From positions 352,001 through 416,000 of the forward strand of contig CBDCKN010000003.1 in the NCBI GenBank assembly GCA_965218295.1: DNA of 64,000 bases. The letters run 5' to 3'. Below, one piece after another: positions 32,991 to 43,747 of the stretch (within the stretch, counting starts at the first letter, position 1; every line of letters begins with the position of its first letter). Made by a program: the position numbers and the translations under genes. The stretch is from Longimicrobiales bacterium. Its GTDB lineage: Bacteria > Gemmatimonadota > Gemmatimonadetes > Longimicrobiales > Gaopeijiaceae. The notes under the pieces were generated by a model. That model saw only the letters and a program-made list of their open reading frames with translations. It was not told the DNA's origin and made no database searches.

Positions 32991-33596
32991 ATGCGACCTT
33001 GGTCCCGAGCCACCGTCGGGGAGTACCGCCGACTAACCCTTCGTGCTCACAGCCTCCTGGCCGATGTGCCTCTACACGACGTCTGGCGAGTTGCGCTTCC
33101 GGGCGGGAATCCCTCGTGCACCATGCAGGATATTCGCTCCGTGTTACAAGCCGCGAGGAGGTCACAGCCTCTGAGCCCTCCGGTTCGTGCCCTCTTTGTG
33201 CTCCGCGGGTTACTGGGGCGCTTGTTTCGATGGGATAGTCCCTTGTCGGAGCCAGAGGTGTGGTCTTTTCGAACGCGGCTCACCGAGGCTGATCGCCAGC
33301 AGTCGATTGTCGAGCCGGGTACGCTCGATGGGCCGTTCGCCGTCCTGTACGTTCACACGACGGAAGCAGTCAGTGAGATCCGGAACGCGACGGTCCACGC
33401 CTTCCTAGTCTGGGCGCTGGAGCCAGCGCCGGATGGCTATCAGCTCTTCTGGGCGATTCACGTCCTCCCGGTCAGCGTCTGGACAAAGCCTTATATGGCG
33501 CTGATCGATCCTTTCCGCCGCTGGTTGGTGTACCCGTTGTTGTTGCGCCGCATCCATGAAGCGTGGTCCCGCGAGTTCAACAGCGCCTGCTACTGA
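32991..33596 (+). CDS. DUF2867-like protein (cassette gene)
   Basis: LADVPLHDVW, EIRNATVHA, YMALIDPFRRWLVYP; RBS ~15 bp after the restored R' box. Confidence 0.7.
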   Translation: MRPWSRATVGEYRRLTLRAHSLLADVPLHDVWRVALPGGNPSCTMQDIRSVLQAARRSQPLSPPVRALFVLRGLLGRLFRWDSPLSEPEVWSFRTRLTEADRQQSIVEPGTLDGPFAVLYVHTTEAVSEIRNATVHAFLVWALEPAPDGYQLFWAIHVLPVSVWTKPYMALIDPFRRWLVYPLLLRRIHEAWSREFNSACY

Positions 33597-33621
33597 CGCA
33601 ACGTGAGGGTCGCGTGCAAAC

Positions 33622-34257
33622 ATGACGAGCACTTTGACGAGAACTCGGGAAGAGCTCGCGAACAGTCTTAGCCATGGAGTTGGCCTCATGTGCGCCGTGG
33701 CGGCCACGCCGGTTCTCATCATCGGCGCCGTGAACCGTGGGGGCGCGGCCGGCGTGGTCGGCAGCAGCGTCTTCGGGGCGACGATGGTGCTGCTCTATCT
33801 GTCGTCCACTTGGTATCACGCTGTGCCGGAGGGCCGACTCAAGGACCGTCTTCACAAGTTCGACCATGCTGCGATCTACCTACTCATCGCCGGCACCTAC
33901 ACACCCTTCACTCTTGGTGTCCTGGGCGGGGCATGGGGATGGACCTTGTTCGGTATCGTGTGGGGCGCCGCCGCAGTCGGAGTGTCTGAGAAGCTGATCT
34001 CCGGAATTCGCTATCCTCGGCTGTCCACCGCCCTGTACCTGATCATGGGTTGGTCGGTCGTGATCGTGATTCGACCGTTGGTGCTCAATATGCCACCCCA
34101 GGGAGTAGCGTGGCTCGTTGCCGGGGGCCTCTCGTACACCGCAGGTGTGGTGTTCTATGTCGCCCGCCGCCTTCCGTATCACCACCTCATTTGGCATCTG
34201 TTCGTGCTGGCCGGCTCGACCTGCCACTTCTTCGCGGTCCTGTGGTACGCGGCATAA
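33622..34257 (+). CDS. Hemolysin III / PAQR family membrane protein
   Basis: EELANSLSHG, SSTWYH, DHAAIYLLIAGTYTP, HLIWHLFVL. Confidence 0.93.
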   Translation: MTSTLTRTREELANSLSHGVGLMCAVAATPVLIIGAVNRGGAAGVVGSSVFGATMVLLYLSSTWYHAVPEGRLKDRLHKFDHAAIYLLIAGTYTPFTLGVLGGAWGWTLFGIVWGAAAVGVSEKLISGIRYPRLSTALYLIMGWSVVIVIRPLVLNMPPQGVAWLVAGGLSYTAGVVFYVARRLPYHHLIWHLFVLAGSTCHFFAVLWYAA

Positions 34258-34622
34258 GCGTGCCCCGAGAGCGCAGCGCGGTTGAGGTCAACCTGATGGG
34301 CGATGTCGCTTGGGCTCACTCGACCAGCGTTGCCCAGGGCCGAATGGGCGAGCGCGAGATCAATTCGCACGGTGCCGAGCTCGTGGTGTTGTACTCCCTG
34401 AAGTCGATCCGCTCGGCGACTCGACCGTTCACGACCCGGAGCAAGTGACGAAGGGGATCGACACGGTTTCCGCGAGACCCCAGCCCTTCTGCATCGCGAC
34501 GATCGCATGGGATCCCTTCACGGGTCCGTCCGAGTAGCGTCCCTCGCGCTCGCCTTGCAGCCCCCGCCAAAAACGGACACTCTGGTCGCGCGCAGTAGCG
34601 CCACCCCGATCTCGAGGATGTC

Positions 34623-35027
34623 ATGTCGCCTGAGTTCCCCACGGAAGACGTCGAGCTCACGCACCTCCTCGTCGTCGCCGATGTCACACGGTCTTGCGCT
34701 TTCTACACCGACGTTCTTGGCGCCCGGCTGTTTCGGGAGTACGGTGGTACATCCGCCGTACTCCAGTTCCAGGGCAACTGGCTGCTACTTGTCACGGGAG
34801 GCGGGCCGACGGAGGACAAGCCCGACGTGGTCTTCGCTCCGCCGGACGACCCAAATCGGGTCAGTCATCAGCTCACGATGCGGGTTCCCGATTGTCGGGG
34901 CGCCTACGAGGTGCTGAAGTCTAGGGGCGCCGAATTCCTGGCGCCTCCAGTAGATCGGGGCGACGAGATCCGCTGTTTTTTTCGAGATCCGGATGGACAT
35001 CTCCTGGAGATCAGCGAGCTGACATGA
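34623..35027 (+). CDS. VOC / glyoxalase family protein
   Basis: FYTDVLG, FFRDPDGHLLEI. Confidence 0.88.
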   Translation: MSPEFPTEDVELTHLLVVADVTRSCAFYTDVLGARLFREYGGTSAVLQFQGNWLLLVTGGGPTEDKPDVVFAPPDDPNRVSHQLTMRVPDCRGAYEVLKSRGAEFLAPPVDRGDEIRCFFRDPDGHLLEISELT

Positions 35028-35229
35028 GGGTGTGCGCGTGCCGGAGATGACCGAGTGCGGTAACGGGGGCGCAGGTCGATCACGGGGACACCCGTGAGCT
35101 CCAACCCGAGGACGAAGTGATCGTGAGGGAGCGCTCGCTGAGTCCTAAGCTGCCTTCTCATCGTGGGAGGGCGCGCCCTTTTCACGGGGACCTGCCACTG
35201 CCGACAGGCCGCATCCCAAGGGTGGAGCG

Positions 35230-37473
35230 ATGCCAAGCGCTTTTTTGAGCTACGCCAAGAGCGCCCGATCCAGAGTGGAGGTTCTTGGCGAGGATCTGAG
35301 CGGGCTGGGGTATGACGCGTGGTTCGATCAGTCGCTCGAGGGCGAACAGCACTGGTGGGACGAGATCCTCCACCAGATCCGGGAGTGCAACTGCTTCATC
35401 TTCTGCCTGACACGGGACTCCCTCGACTCCCAGGCCTGTCAGCTCGAGCTGGGATATGCCGTGGACCTCGGGAAGACCCTGCTCCCGGTACTCCTCGATG
35501 AAGACGTGCAGTCCAGCCTCTTGCCACCCAGCCTCACGCCCATGAGCTAGGATCAAAGGGTGTGTAAAAAGAGAGGCGACGTACCTTTCCGCTGAGTAAT
35601 AACCAGCGAACTCCGGGTGACAGCCCGGGGGAAAGGAACGACGCCTCGTGAGGAAGAATACGGTGGGACCCGAGGGTGAGTCCAGGACGCCCGTGTGGGA
35701 AGTTCTGGAAGAAGTGGTTCGGGAGAAGGCGCAGGAGTTCATTCAACAGATCTTGGAGGAGGAAGTCACGGAGTTGCTAGGGCGAGAGAAGTCAGAGCGC
35801 AGGAGGGTGGTGGACGCGACCGAGGGCTACCGCAACGGATACGGCAAGCCGAGGCGGTTGGCGATGAGCTCGGGCACGATCACACTCCGACGCCCTCGGG
35901 TTCGGGGCGTCGAGGAGCGGTTCGAGAGTCGGGTGCTGCCGTTGTTCGCGAGGCGGACGAAGGAGCTGGGCGCTCTGCTTCCGGAGCTGTATCTGCACGG
36001 ACTGGCAGAGGGAGACTTCGAGCTGGCGATGCGGGGACTGCTAGGCGAGGGGGCACCGCTGTCGAAGTCTTCGATTCGGAGACTGCGGGCGGGATGGACG
36101 GCGGAGTTCGAGGAATGGAGCCAGCGTCGCCTGGAGGGCCGTGAGGTCGTCTACGTATGGGCGGACGGGATCTACGTGAAGGCAGGGCTCGAGCGGGACA
36201 AGGCGGCGCTACTGGTGGTGCTGGGCGCGATGCGAGACGGGACGAAGGAGGTGTTGGCCCTGAGATCGGGCTACCGAGAGTCGGTCGAGTCCTGGTCGGA
36301 GGTGTTGCGGGATCTGAAGGCACGCGGCATCGAGGCGCCCCGGCTTTTGATGGCGGACGGCAACGCGGCGATCTGGGGCGCAGTACGGCAGGTATGGCCT
36401 GAGGCGGGCGAGCAACGGTGCTGGAACCACAAGATGAGGAACGTGCTGGACCGACTACCTCAGCGGGAGCAGGGCGAGGCGAAGGATCTTCTCCGGGCCG
36501 TGGTCTACGCACCGAGCCGGGCCGAGGCCCTGAAGGCCCGCGAGGTGTTCGCCCGACGCTATAGGCCGTGGTATCCGAAAGCAGTGGACGTACTCGAGGA
36601 CGACTGGGAGCGGATGGTAGCGTTCTACGACTTCCCCGAGGACCACTGGAAGCATCTACGCACGACGAACGTGGTCGAGAGCCCGTTCGCCGCGGTACGG
36701 CTCAGGACGACAGCAGCGAAGCGGTTCAAGCGGGTCGAGAGCGCTACGGCGCTAATCTGGAAGTTGCTCTTGGTGGCTGAGAAGCGGTTCCGAAGGCTCG
36801 ACGCTCCTCACCTCCTCAAGGACGTATTTGAAGGAAGAAAGTTCGAAGACGGAAAGCCCGTCTCACACCAACAGCGGAAGAACGCCGCCTAATACGTTTA
36901 CACACCTATTGACCCAACCTCGCGCCCATCCAGCACATCGACTACACGTTGGCCGACAAGGCGGCCCTCACGGGCCTATCGCGGGCTCTGGCTGGGTTGC
37001 CGGACACGCCCGCCCTTCCCGCCTCGCTCCCCGAGCCCCCGGCCGTCCCGGTGTCCGAGCTCGGGCACGCGAAGACACGGATCGATGATGAAGCCTCACT
37101 GGACGCCGACGAGCAGGAGTCGCTGTTCTTCACGCTCAAGAGCCATCTCAAGGATCCGCAGGAGCGGAAGGCCGCACGACAGCTCCTCGCTTCGCTGAGA
37201 AAACGGAGAGATCTCCTGGCTTATCTGGCCGACGAGATCGACGATGCGTTAGCCGGCGCGCCTGCGGAGCCGGCCCCAGAGCGCCACCCTCCACCGTCTG
37301 GGGTGGCGGCGACGCAGATGCAGCGGCAGCCCCAGACGGCCGATACCATCGTTCCGATGCGGTTCGTCCCCGATCTGACTCTGGTCAAGCGAGCCTGGGG
37401 AAAGGTGCGTTGGACGGACCGGGTGGAGATGCCCACCGAGCCCCTGATGGACCTCGCGGCCGGGACGCGGTGA
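35230..37473 (+). pseudogene. TIR-domain protein interrupted by IS256
   Basis: AFLSYA, WFDQSLEG..WWDEI...I, SQACQLELGYA; frame continues after the IS (PIQHIDYT...). Confidence 0.85.
35544..36921 (+). mobile_element. IS256-family element copy 2 (transposase 35648-36892)
   Basis: Same IRs; TSD ACGCCCAT/GCGCCCAT. Confidence 0.95.
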
Positions 37474-37513
37474 ACGCCATCTGCGCTACGGAGAGTGCAG
37501 GGAGCAGAGGCTC

Positions 37514-38113
37514 GTGAGGTACGAGGTCGGAGGGCACGTCCCGCGCGTCGATCCGACGGCGGTGGTGGCGCCGACGGCAGTGCTCAGCGGCGACGTGACC
37601 ATGGCGGCTGGCGCCCATGTTTCGTTCGGTGCGGTCGTGATAGGCGAGGACGCACCGGTGGTGATAGGCCGGGACACCATCGTTCGGGAGAACGTCGTCA
37701 TTCGAAGCTCCCCCGGACACCCCGTCTCGATCGCGGAGCACGTCCTCGTCGGGGCGCACTCCGCTCTGTATGGGTGCCAAGTGGGTGAGGGCGCCTTCCT
37801 CGCCACCGGAGTGCGCATCTTCCACGGAGCGACCGTCGAGCCGGGAGCGGAGGTTCGCATCAACGGTGTGGTCCACGTTAATTTCAGGGTGCTCGCCGGA
37901 GCGACGGTTCCCATCGGATGGGTCGCGGTCGGCGATCCGGCGACGATCCTGCCCCCGGAAGCACACGACGACATCTGGGCGATCCAAAGGCACTTGGGCT
38001 TCCCGGAGACCGTCTATGGAGTCGACCGGGAGCCTGACGGCACCATCGACATGCGTAGGGTCACGTCTCGAGGCGTGGATCGCGGTCGAGCCGACTGGCG
38101 GCGTGTGGACTGA
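37514..38113 (+). CDS. Gamma-carbonic-anhydrase-like hexapeptide-repeat protein
   Basis: VDPTAVVAPTAVLSGDV, hexapeptide repeats, AVGDPA. Confidence 0.85.
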   Translation: MRYEVGGHVPRVDPTAVVAPTAVLSGDVTMAAGAHVSFGAVVIGEDAPVVIGRDTIVRENVVIRSSPGHPVSIAEHVLVGAHSALYGCQVGEGAFLATGVRIFHGATVEPGAEVRINGVVHVNFRVLAGATVPIGWVAVGDPATILPPEAHDDIWAIQRHLGFPETVYGVDREPDGTIDMRRVTSRGVDRGRADWRRVD

Positions 38114-38168
38114 ATCCCAGCCCACGACGAAAAGAGTCACGATCGACATGGGTGAGCCGGGAGTGAAC

Positions 38169-38678
38169 ATGGACGCGTCGCTCGAGGTGCCTGACCGGCC
38201 TCCCATCGATCCCCGAGTCGACATCGGGCACGTGCATCTGAAGGTCGCCGACATCGACCGATCTCTGGGCTTCTACCGTGATGTCCTCGGATTCGAGCTG
38301 GTCCAGCGCACGGGTCCTGACTCCGCGTTCATCAGCGCCGGAGGCTATCATCACCACATCGGCCTCAACACGTGGGAGAGCCGGGGCGGCGAAGCACCAC
38401 CCCAAGGCTCCACCGGGCTCTACCATCTGGCGATCCGCTATCCGGACCGGCCTACCCTGGCCGACGCCTACCGTCGCCTCCTCGATGCCGGGATCCCGCT
38501 CGACGGGGCCGCGGATCACGGCGTCAGCGAAGCTCTGTATCTGAGCGACCCGGACGGCAACGGGGTGGAGCTCTACCGGGATCGACCCGCGGAGGAGTGG
38601 CCACGGGATCCCGACGGCGAGCTCACCATGTACACGCACCCCCTCGACCTAGACAGCCTGAGGCTCGAGGGTACGTAG
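38169..38678 (+). CDS. VOC family protein (CatE-like)
   Basis: IGHVHLKVAD, GGYHHHIGLNTW, GLYHLA, DHGVSEALYLSDPDGNGVELY. Confidence 0.9.
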   Translation: MDASLEVPDRPPIDPRVDIGHVHLKVADIDRSLGFYRDVLGFELVQRTGPDSAFISAGGYHHHIGLNTWESRGGEAPPQGSTGLYHLAIRYPDRPTLADAYRRLLDAGIPLDGAADHGVSEALYLSDPDGNGVELYRDRPAEEWPRDPDGELTMYTHPLDLDSLRLEGT

Positions 38679-38861
38679 GCGTAGTGCCCGCCCGCACTGT
38701 GCCCACCGGGCTTCCGTCTGTAGCTTGGTTCCCCCCGCCGACCCCTTGTGGGTGGCATCGGGATTGGACGTGTGACCAGGAGAACTCCGATGTCCGACAA
38801 AGGGCCTTCTTCGTTCATCCCGAGTGGGTACAGGCCGTTCGCATGGTGAAGCCGTAGTCGC

Positions 38862-40073
38862 ATGCCGGTCCCATCCCTCCGCCTCGATCAGGTCGCGCGG
38901 CTCTGGCTCCACCGGCAGGGCATGTCGGAGCCACGTGGCTCCGCGAAGCTCGACAAGCGTGCGATCACGGAGCACCTCGAGCGGACTGGAGCGCTCCAGC
39001 TGGACACGATCAACGTGGTGGACCGGGCCCACTACCTGACGCTGTGGAGCCGCTTCGGCGCGTACGATCGCAAGCGTGTGGATCGCTGGGTCTATCGGGA
39101 CCGGGTCGGCTACGAGTACTGGGGACACGAAGCCTCGATCCTTCCCATCTCGCACCTCCCGCTGGGCCGGCGGCGCATGCGCCGCTTCCCACCGAAGAGC
39201 TGGAGCGGCAAGTCCTGGTGGAGCATGTACCGGACGTCGGCCGCGTCGAAGCGCCGCGTCCTGAAGCGTCTCCGGGACGAGGGTCCCCTGGAGAGCGTGG
39301 ATTTCGAACAGCAACCTACCGAGCGCGGGCAGCCCGCGCCGGGCGGAAGCATGCCGCTTCCCAAGGAGGACAAGCGGTCCCTCAAGCTTCTCTGGCACCA
39401 GGGGCGGGTGGGAATACGGACCCGTCGCCACTTCCGATGTGTGTACGACCTGGCCGAAAGGGTGTACCCCTCCGGATCTCCGGCCAGCGCCGCGGAGTTC
39501 GAGGACAGCTGGCTCTTTGTCGGTCTCTCGGGAAACGGAGTCGCCAGCGAGCGGCATCTGGTCAACTACTTCACCGCCCCTGACCTGGGGGCGGCGGACC
39601 GGAGGCGGGTGATCGCGCGAAACCTGAAGAAGGGACGAATCGTCGAGGTCCGCGTGGAGGGACAGGGAGGCCGGTTCTACGCGCTTCCCGAGCACCTCGA
39701 CGGGGTGGAGGGTCTCCCCGAGTCTGAGGGGACCACGCTCATCTGTCCCTTCGACTCATTGCTCTGGCAGAGAGAGCGCGCCGAGGAGCTCCTCGGCTTC
39801 CACTACCGTATCGAGATCTACGTGCCGGCCGCCAAACGGGTGTTCGGATACTACGTGCTGCCCATTCTCCATGACGGACGCCTCGTGGGGCGCCTGGACC
39901 CCAAGCTGCACCGGGAGCGCGGTGAGCTCGAGGTCAAAGCCATCCATCTGGAGGCCGGCTTCAAGCGAGACAGGTCATTCGACCGCGGGCTTGCACAGGC
40001 GTTGGAAAGCCTGGGCGAGCACGTGGGAGCCGACCGACTCGACCTCCCCAACGGCTGGCGGCAGATGGTGTAA
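38862..40073 (+). CDS. YcaQ/AlkZ-like winged-helix DNA crosslink repair glycosylase
   Basis: LQLDTINVV, YWGHEAS, PFDSLLW.R, YRIEIYVPA.KR.FGYY. Confidence 0.9.
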   Translation: MPVPSLRLDQVARLWLHRQGMSEPRGSAKLDKRAITEHLERTGALQLDTINVVDRAHYLTLWSRFGAYDRKRVDRWVYRDRVGYEYWGHEASILPISHLPLGRRRMRRFPPKSWSGKSWWSMYRTSAASKRRVLKRLRDEGPLESVDFEQQPTERGQPAPGGSMPLPKEDKRSLKLLWHQGRVGIRTRRHFRCVYDLAERVYPSGSPASAAEFEDSWLFVGLSGNGVASERHLVNYFTAPDLGAADRRRVIARNLKKGRIVEVRVEGQGGRFYALPEHLDGVEGLPESEGTTLICPFDSLLWQRERAEELLGFHYRIEIYVPAAKRVFGYYVLPILHDGRLVGRLDPKLHRERGELEVKAIHLEAGFKRDRSFDRGLAQALESLGEHVGADRLDLPNGWRQMV

Positions 40074-40085
40074 CTCGATCCGCGG

Positions 40086-41660
40086 TCAACCGAGGGACGT
40101 GGCCGGGTCGTCGGGAGGCGAGTCCTGAGCCCCCGTGAGTCGAGCCCGGAACTCGGATTCCCTCTCAGGGGACAGCGCCGTGAACAACGATACGGCAGGA
40201 ACCACAAGCAGCGGGACCATCGTAGTCACGTAGGCCGGATCGAGCCCTTCCCCGTGGCTAGTCAACAGAGAAACGAGCAGCCGAACCGGAGCGGACGCTC
40301 CTTCGGGCGCCTGGAGATCGATCCACAAGGCCCACTTGATCAACACGAACCAGAACCCTCCGGCACCATACCCGGCCAGCATCCCCCAATAGGCGCCCGG
40401 CTCCGTGGTACGGCGCCAGTAGAGCACGAAGGCCACGGAGATGGCGGCAGGGACCACCATGGCGAACGCGAACAGGAGCAGATCCAGTATGGAGACCCGG
40501 GTGCTCGTGGCGATCCACCACGCGATCAGCGCTGAGATCAGGGCATATCCCACCGTGACCGTCCGGTAGGCGCGGAGCCTTCGCGCTGACGAATAGGTGC
40601 TAGCTGAGGGGATCCAATCGCGAACGAACATGGTGGCGCTGGAGAGGAGGATCGGTCCACCCGACGAGATGACCGCTGCCAGGACGGCCGCCAGAGCGAT
40701 CCCGCCCATGACCGGACTGATCTCCGCGGCCAGGGTGGTGAGATTTCGGTAGCCGGCCAACCCGGAGTCGGTTCCGTAGCGGGCCACAGTGAGGATGCCG
40801 ATCAGCCCCGCGAGGACCGGCATGAGGGCGGCGATGGCGCCGCCAGCGATAAACGCCGGCGCGAGGCTCCGCTCGGACCGCGTCGCGGTGGAGTAGTTTG
40901 CGTAGATGGACGCGGCCGGTGAGTGGATCGTAGCCGAGAAGAACATGGCTAGAATCGCTATCCACCCCCCGCCCGCGAACCCCCACCAGGCCTCTCGGGC
41001 GCTGGACGACGAAGTGAGCTGTGCGTTCACCTGCTCGGTCACGGCGTCCCAGCCGCCAAACTCGCGCACGCCCAAGACCCCCACGGCCAGGAGGGAGGCC
41101 AGGATCACGATGCAATGGATGACGTTGGTGACCGCCGTGCCCCACAGACCGCCCAGAGACACGTACGTCGCCAGTACCAGGGCGGCGATGAGCGTGCCGT
41201 GCAGCATGGAGAGGGGAGTGAGGGAGCTGATGATCACGCCGATCACGTACGCCTCGATGACGTTGATGATGGCGTACTCGGTCTGCACGCACAGGCTGGT
41301 GAGCCACTGGCACCGCTTCGAGCCGAAGCGAATCGAGAACAGCTCCCCCACGGTTTGGAGCCCAAGTCGCCGGTAGTAGACCGCGAAGGCGAGACCCACC
41401 AGTACCAGAGCGGCGAACGAGCTGATCCCGTACCACCACATGTTCCAGACGCCGCCCGTCACGACATCCCCAGCCACCCCGTACGTCCCGGCTCCCCCGA
41501 TGCGCGCGCCCGCCAGCGCGAAGGCCACGAGTATTCCGGACATCCCGCCGCCGGCCACGGCCCAGTCGCTCGAGCCTCTGGATCGTCGGGCCATGAGGGC
41601 TCCGACGGCCGTGACCCCGACGAGGTAGAGAACGATGACGGTGACTGCAACGGTGTCCAC
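40086..41660 (-). CDS. Sodium:solute symporter family protein
   Basis: Multiple TM helices, YVSLGGLWG, LAAVISS; likely GTG start at 41660. Confidence 0.88.
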   Translation of the reverse strand: MDTVAVTVIVLYLVGVTAVGALMARRSRGSSDWAVAGGGMSGILVAFALAGARIGGAGTYGVAGDVVTGGVWNMWWYGISSFAALVLVGLAFAVYYRRLGLQTVGELFSIRFGSKRCQWLTSLCVQTEYAIINVIEAYVIGVIISSLTPLSMLHGTLIAALVLATYVSLGGLWGTAVTNVIHCIVILASLLAVGVLGVREFGGWDAVTEQVNAQLTSSSSAREAWWGFAGGGWIAILAMFFSATIHSPAASIYANYSTATRSERSLAPAFIAGGAIAALMPVLAGLIGILTVARYGTDSGLAGYRNLTTLAAEISPVMGGIALAAVLAAVISSGGPILLSSATMFVRDWIPSASTYSSARRLRAYRTVTVGYALISALIAWWIATSTRVSILDLLLFAFAMVVPAAISVAFVLYWRRTTEPGAYWGMLAGYGAGGFWFVLIKWALWIDLQAPEGASAPVRLLVSLLTSHGEGLDPAYVTTMVPLLVVPAVSLFTALSPERESEFRARLTGAQDSPPDDPATSLG

Positions 41661-41918
41661 TCGAACTCCTTTGGGGAGGATTCGCCCATTCGAGCGGGCG
41701 GAGAGTTCCTCGGCCCGGGAGCAGCGACTCGGGCGGGTTGGATAACCTTCGAGGAGTCGGTGTGCAACAGGCGTCCGCTCACCCCTGACGCGCAAGGCTA
41801 CACGCACCAGACGATAGAGCCGACGGATCGGCCGGGGTGTGGGACCCTCGGGCACCGTCGGGGTATTGGGTTGTCTCGGTGACACCCGCGTTCACTTGCC
41901 CTGAGGTACCGGTCGATC

Positions 41919-43731
41919 ATGTCTGAGCCTTCGCCACTTGAAGATTTTCCCTTCGGACCCGCCTGAGCCTGGCACGCCTCATCGACTTCTGGGAGCGCCA
42001 GGACGAGGATCCGAGCTCTCTGCATACGCCCCTTGCCCGGGTGATCGTCGAGAAGCTCGAAGAGGCTCCGGAGCTCCGAGGGATCATCGACGACCGCTCG
42101 CTGCTGGAGACACACCGGGAGCTCATCGACCTCATGATGACCGCTATGGTGCCGGCGGGTCAGCGTGACGACTACTACGCCGCAGCCATCGAGCCCTTCA
42201 ATACGCTCCCCTTCTACGAGTCGCCGGCATGGCGGCGCCTCGGGCTGGGCGACGCCAAGCGCTTCCAGGAGCGCATCAACATCCCGCCGGACCAGTTCGT
42301 CTTCGCGAAGCTCATGTGGGCCTACGAGTTTCTTCTCGGGAAGTGGTTGGGCGTCGAGGCGAATCTCCAGCACGCCCTCGTCATGACTGTACACGACGAG
42401 GATGTCGGGCTGGACAGACACTTTTCGTTGAACCCCGATCCTCGGTTCGTGTCGGTGAGGCTCGTTCACGACCTCGACAAGCCGTCCTCGGAGGACATCG
42501 CACGCCTGCTGGCCGAGCCGACCAACCTCGACCTGTGGACCGAGGTGCTCCCTCCGGACGCCTTCGAGTTCGATGGCATGACGATAATCACGGCGGTGGA
42601 CGTGACGCCCCACGAGGTGATGTCGCGGCTCAAGAACGACCTCATCGAGAAGGACTCGATGGCGTCGCCCGACAAGATAGATCGGCTCCAGCATCGCATC
42701 CGGAATCTCCTGGGTTGCCCGGAGCTCAGCCTCGGCCTGATCGCATTCGGGCCGACCTCAGCGACCAGCTCCAGCTGGCCCTGGACGTGATCAATGCCGC
42801 CGGGCAGATCCGACCGCTTCCCGCGCTGGAAGAAGTGGGATACCTGCTGGCGCGGCATCTCGACCGTATCGAAAGCGCACTCCGGTCGGCTGACGAGTCA
42901 GGCATCTTGGAGCTTCTTCGGCGTGACGTGGAGCCGCTCTTCGGACAACTCGAGACCTACGGGAGTGATGTGGCGGAGCGTGTGGCCGCCTATCGCGGGG
43001 CACTCGACGCGGACCTGAACATCGTCTATCGCCGCCGCAAGGACTTCGAAGAGAGCGTGGCGGCCTTGAACGAAGCCATCTCGATGACGCTGGACGCGGA
43101 GGAAGAGCGGGCCCAGGCCATGTTCCCCCACTTCTTCGAGAAATTCAGGACGGACGGCGTGGACCACAGCATATACGTCGGTCCTGCGCTGCACGAGGAC
43201 GGGCTTTTCGATGAGCTCTATCTGCGAAACCTCCGGATCTGGCAGCTCATGACGACCTGCCGGATCGAGTGGGAGCTCGCCCGCGTCAAGACCGACATGC
43301 CCATGCCCCTGGAGGCGACCCACCTGATCCTCGTCCAGCATCAGCCGCTGTCGATCCGGTTCCGCATCGACGAGAAGCGCTTCGACGTAGACGGGGCATA
43401 CGACATACGCTACGAGATCGTCAAGAAGCGGATCGACAAGGCCCGCATCCGCGGGACAAGCGAACGCGTGACTCAGCCGGGCCAGCTCGCCATCGTGTAC
43501 TCGACGGCCAGTGAGGCCGCTGAGTACAGGAGATACGTCGAGTTCCTTCAGAGCAAGGGCTACCTCGCCGCAGGGCTGGAGGAGCTGGAGCTGGAGGACC
43601 TCCCGGGCATCTCCGGTCTCAAGGCGCTGCGAGTCACAATCGCGAGCAAGGGCGAGGCCGATGAGTCGGCCCCGCCGGCTCGACCCTCGGTCAGGGAGAT
43701 CGAGACGGTCCTCACCGGAGACCAGGCCTAG
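41919..43731 (+). pseudogene. Large GAF-domain-associated conserved protein, frameshifted and probably internally deleted
   Basis: Coding frame changes near 41955 and 42750; C-terminal PHFFEKFRTDGVDH, FDVDGAY..RYEIVKKRIDKA. Confidence 0.6.
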
Positions 43732-43747
43732 GAGCCTGGCGCGGACC

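Noticed and set aside
33597..35229. attC sites between DUF2867, hemolysin III, VOC and TIR genes
   Set aside because: No RYYYAAC/GTTRRRY pairs or family motif found; 34330-34600 looks like a decayed gene remnant
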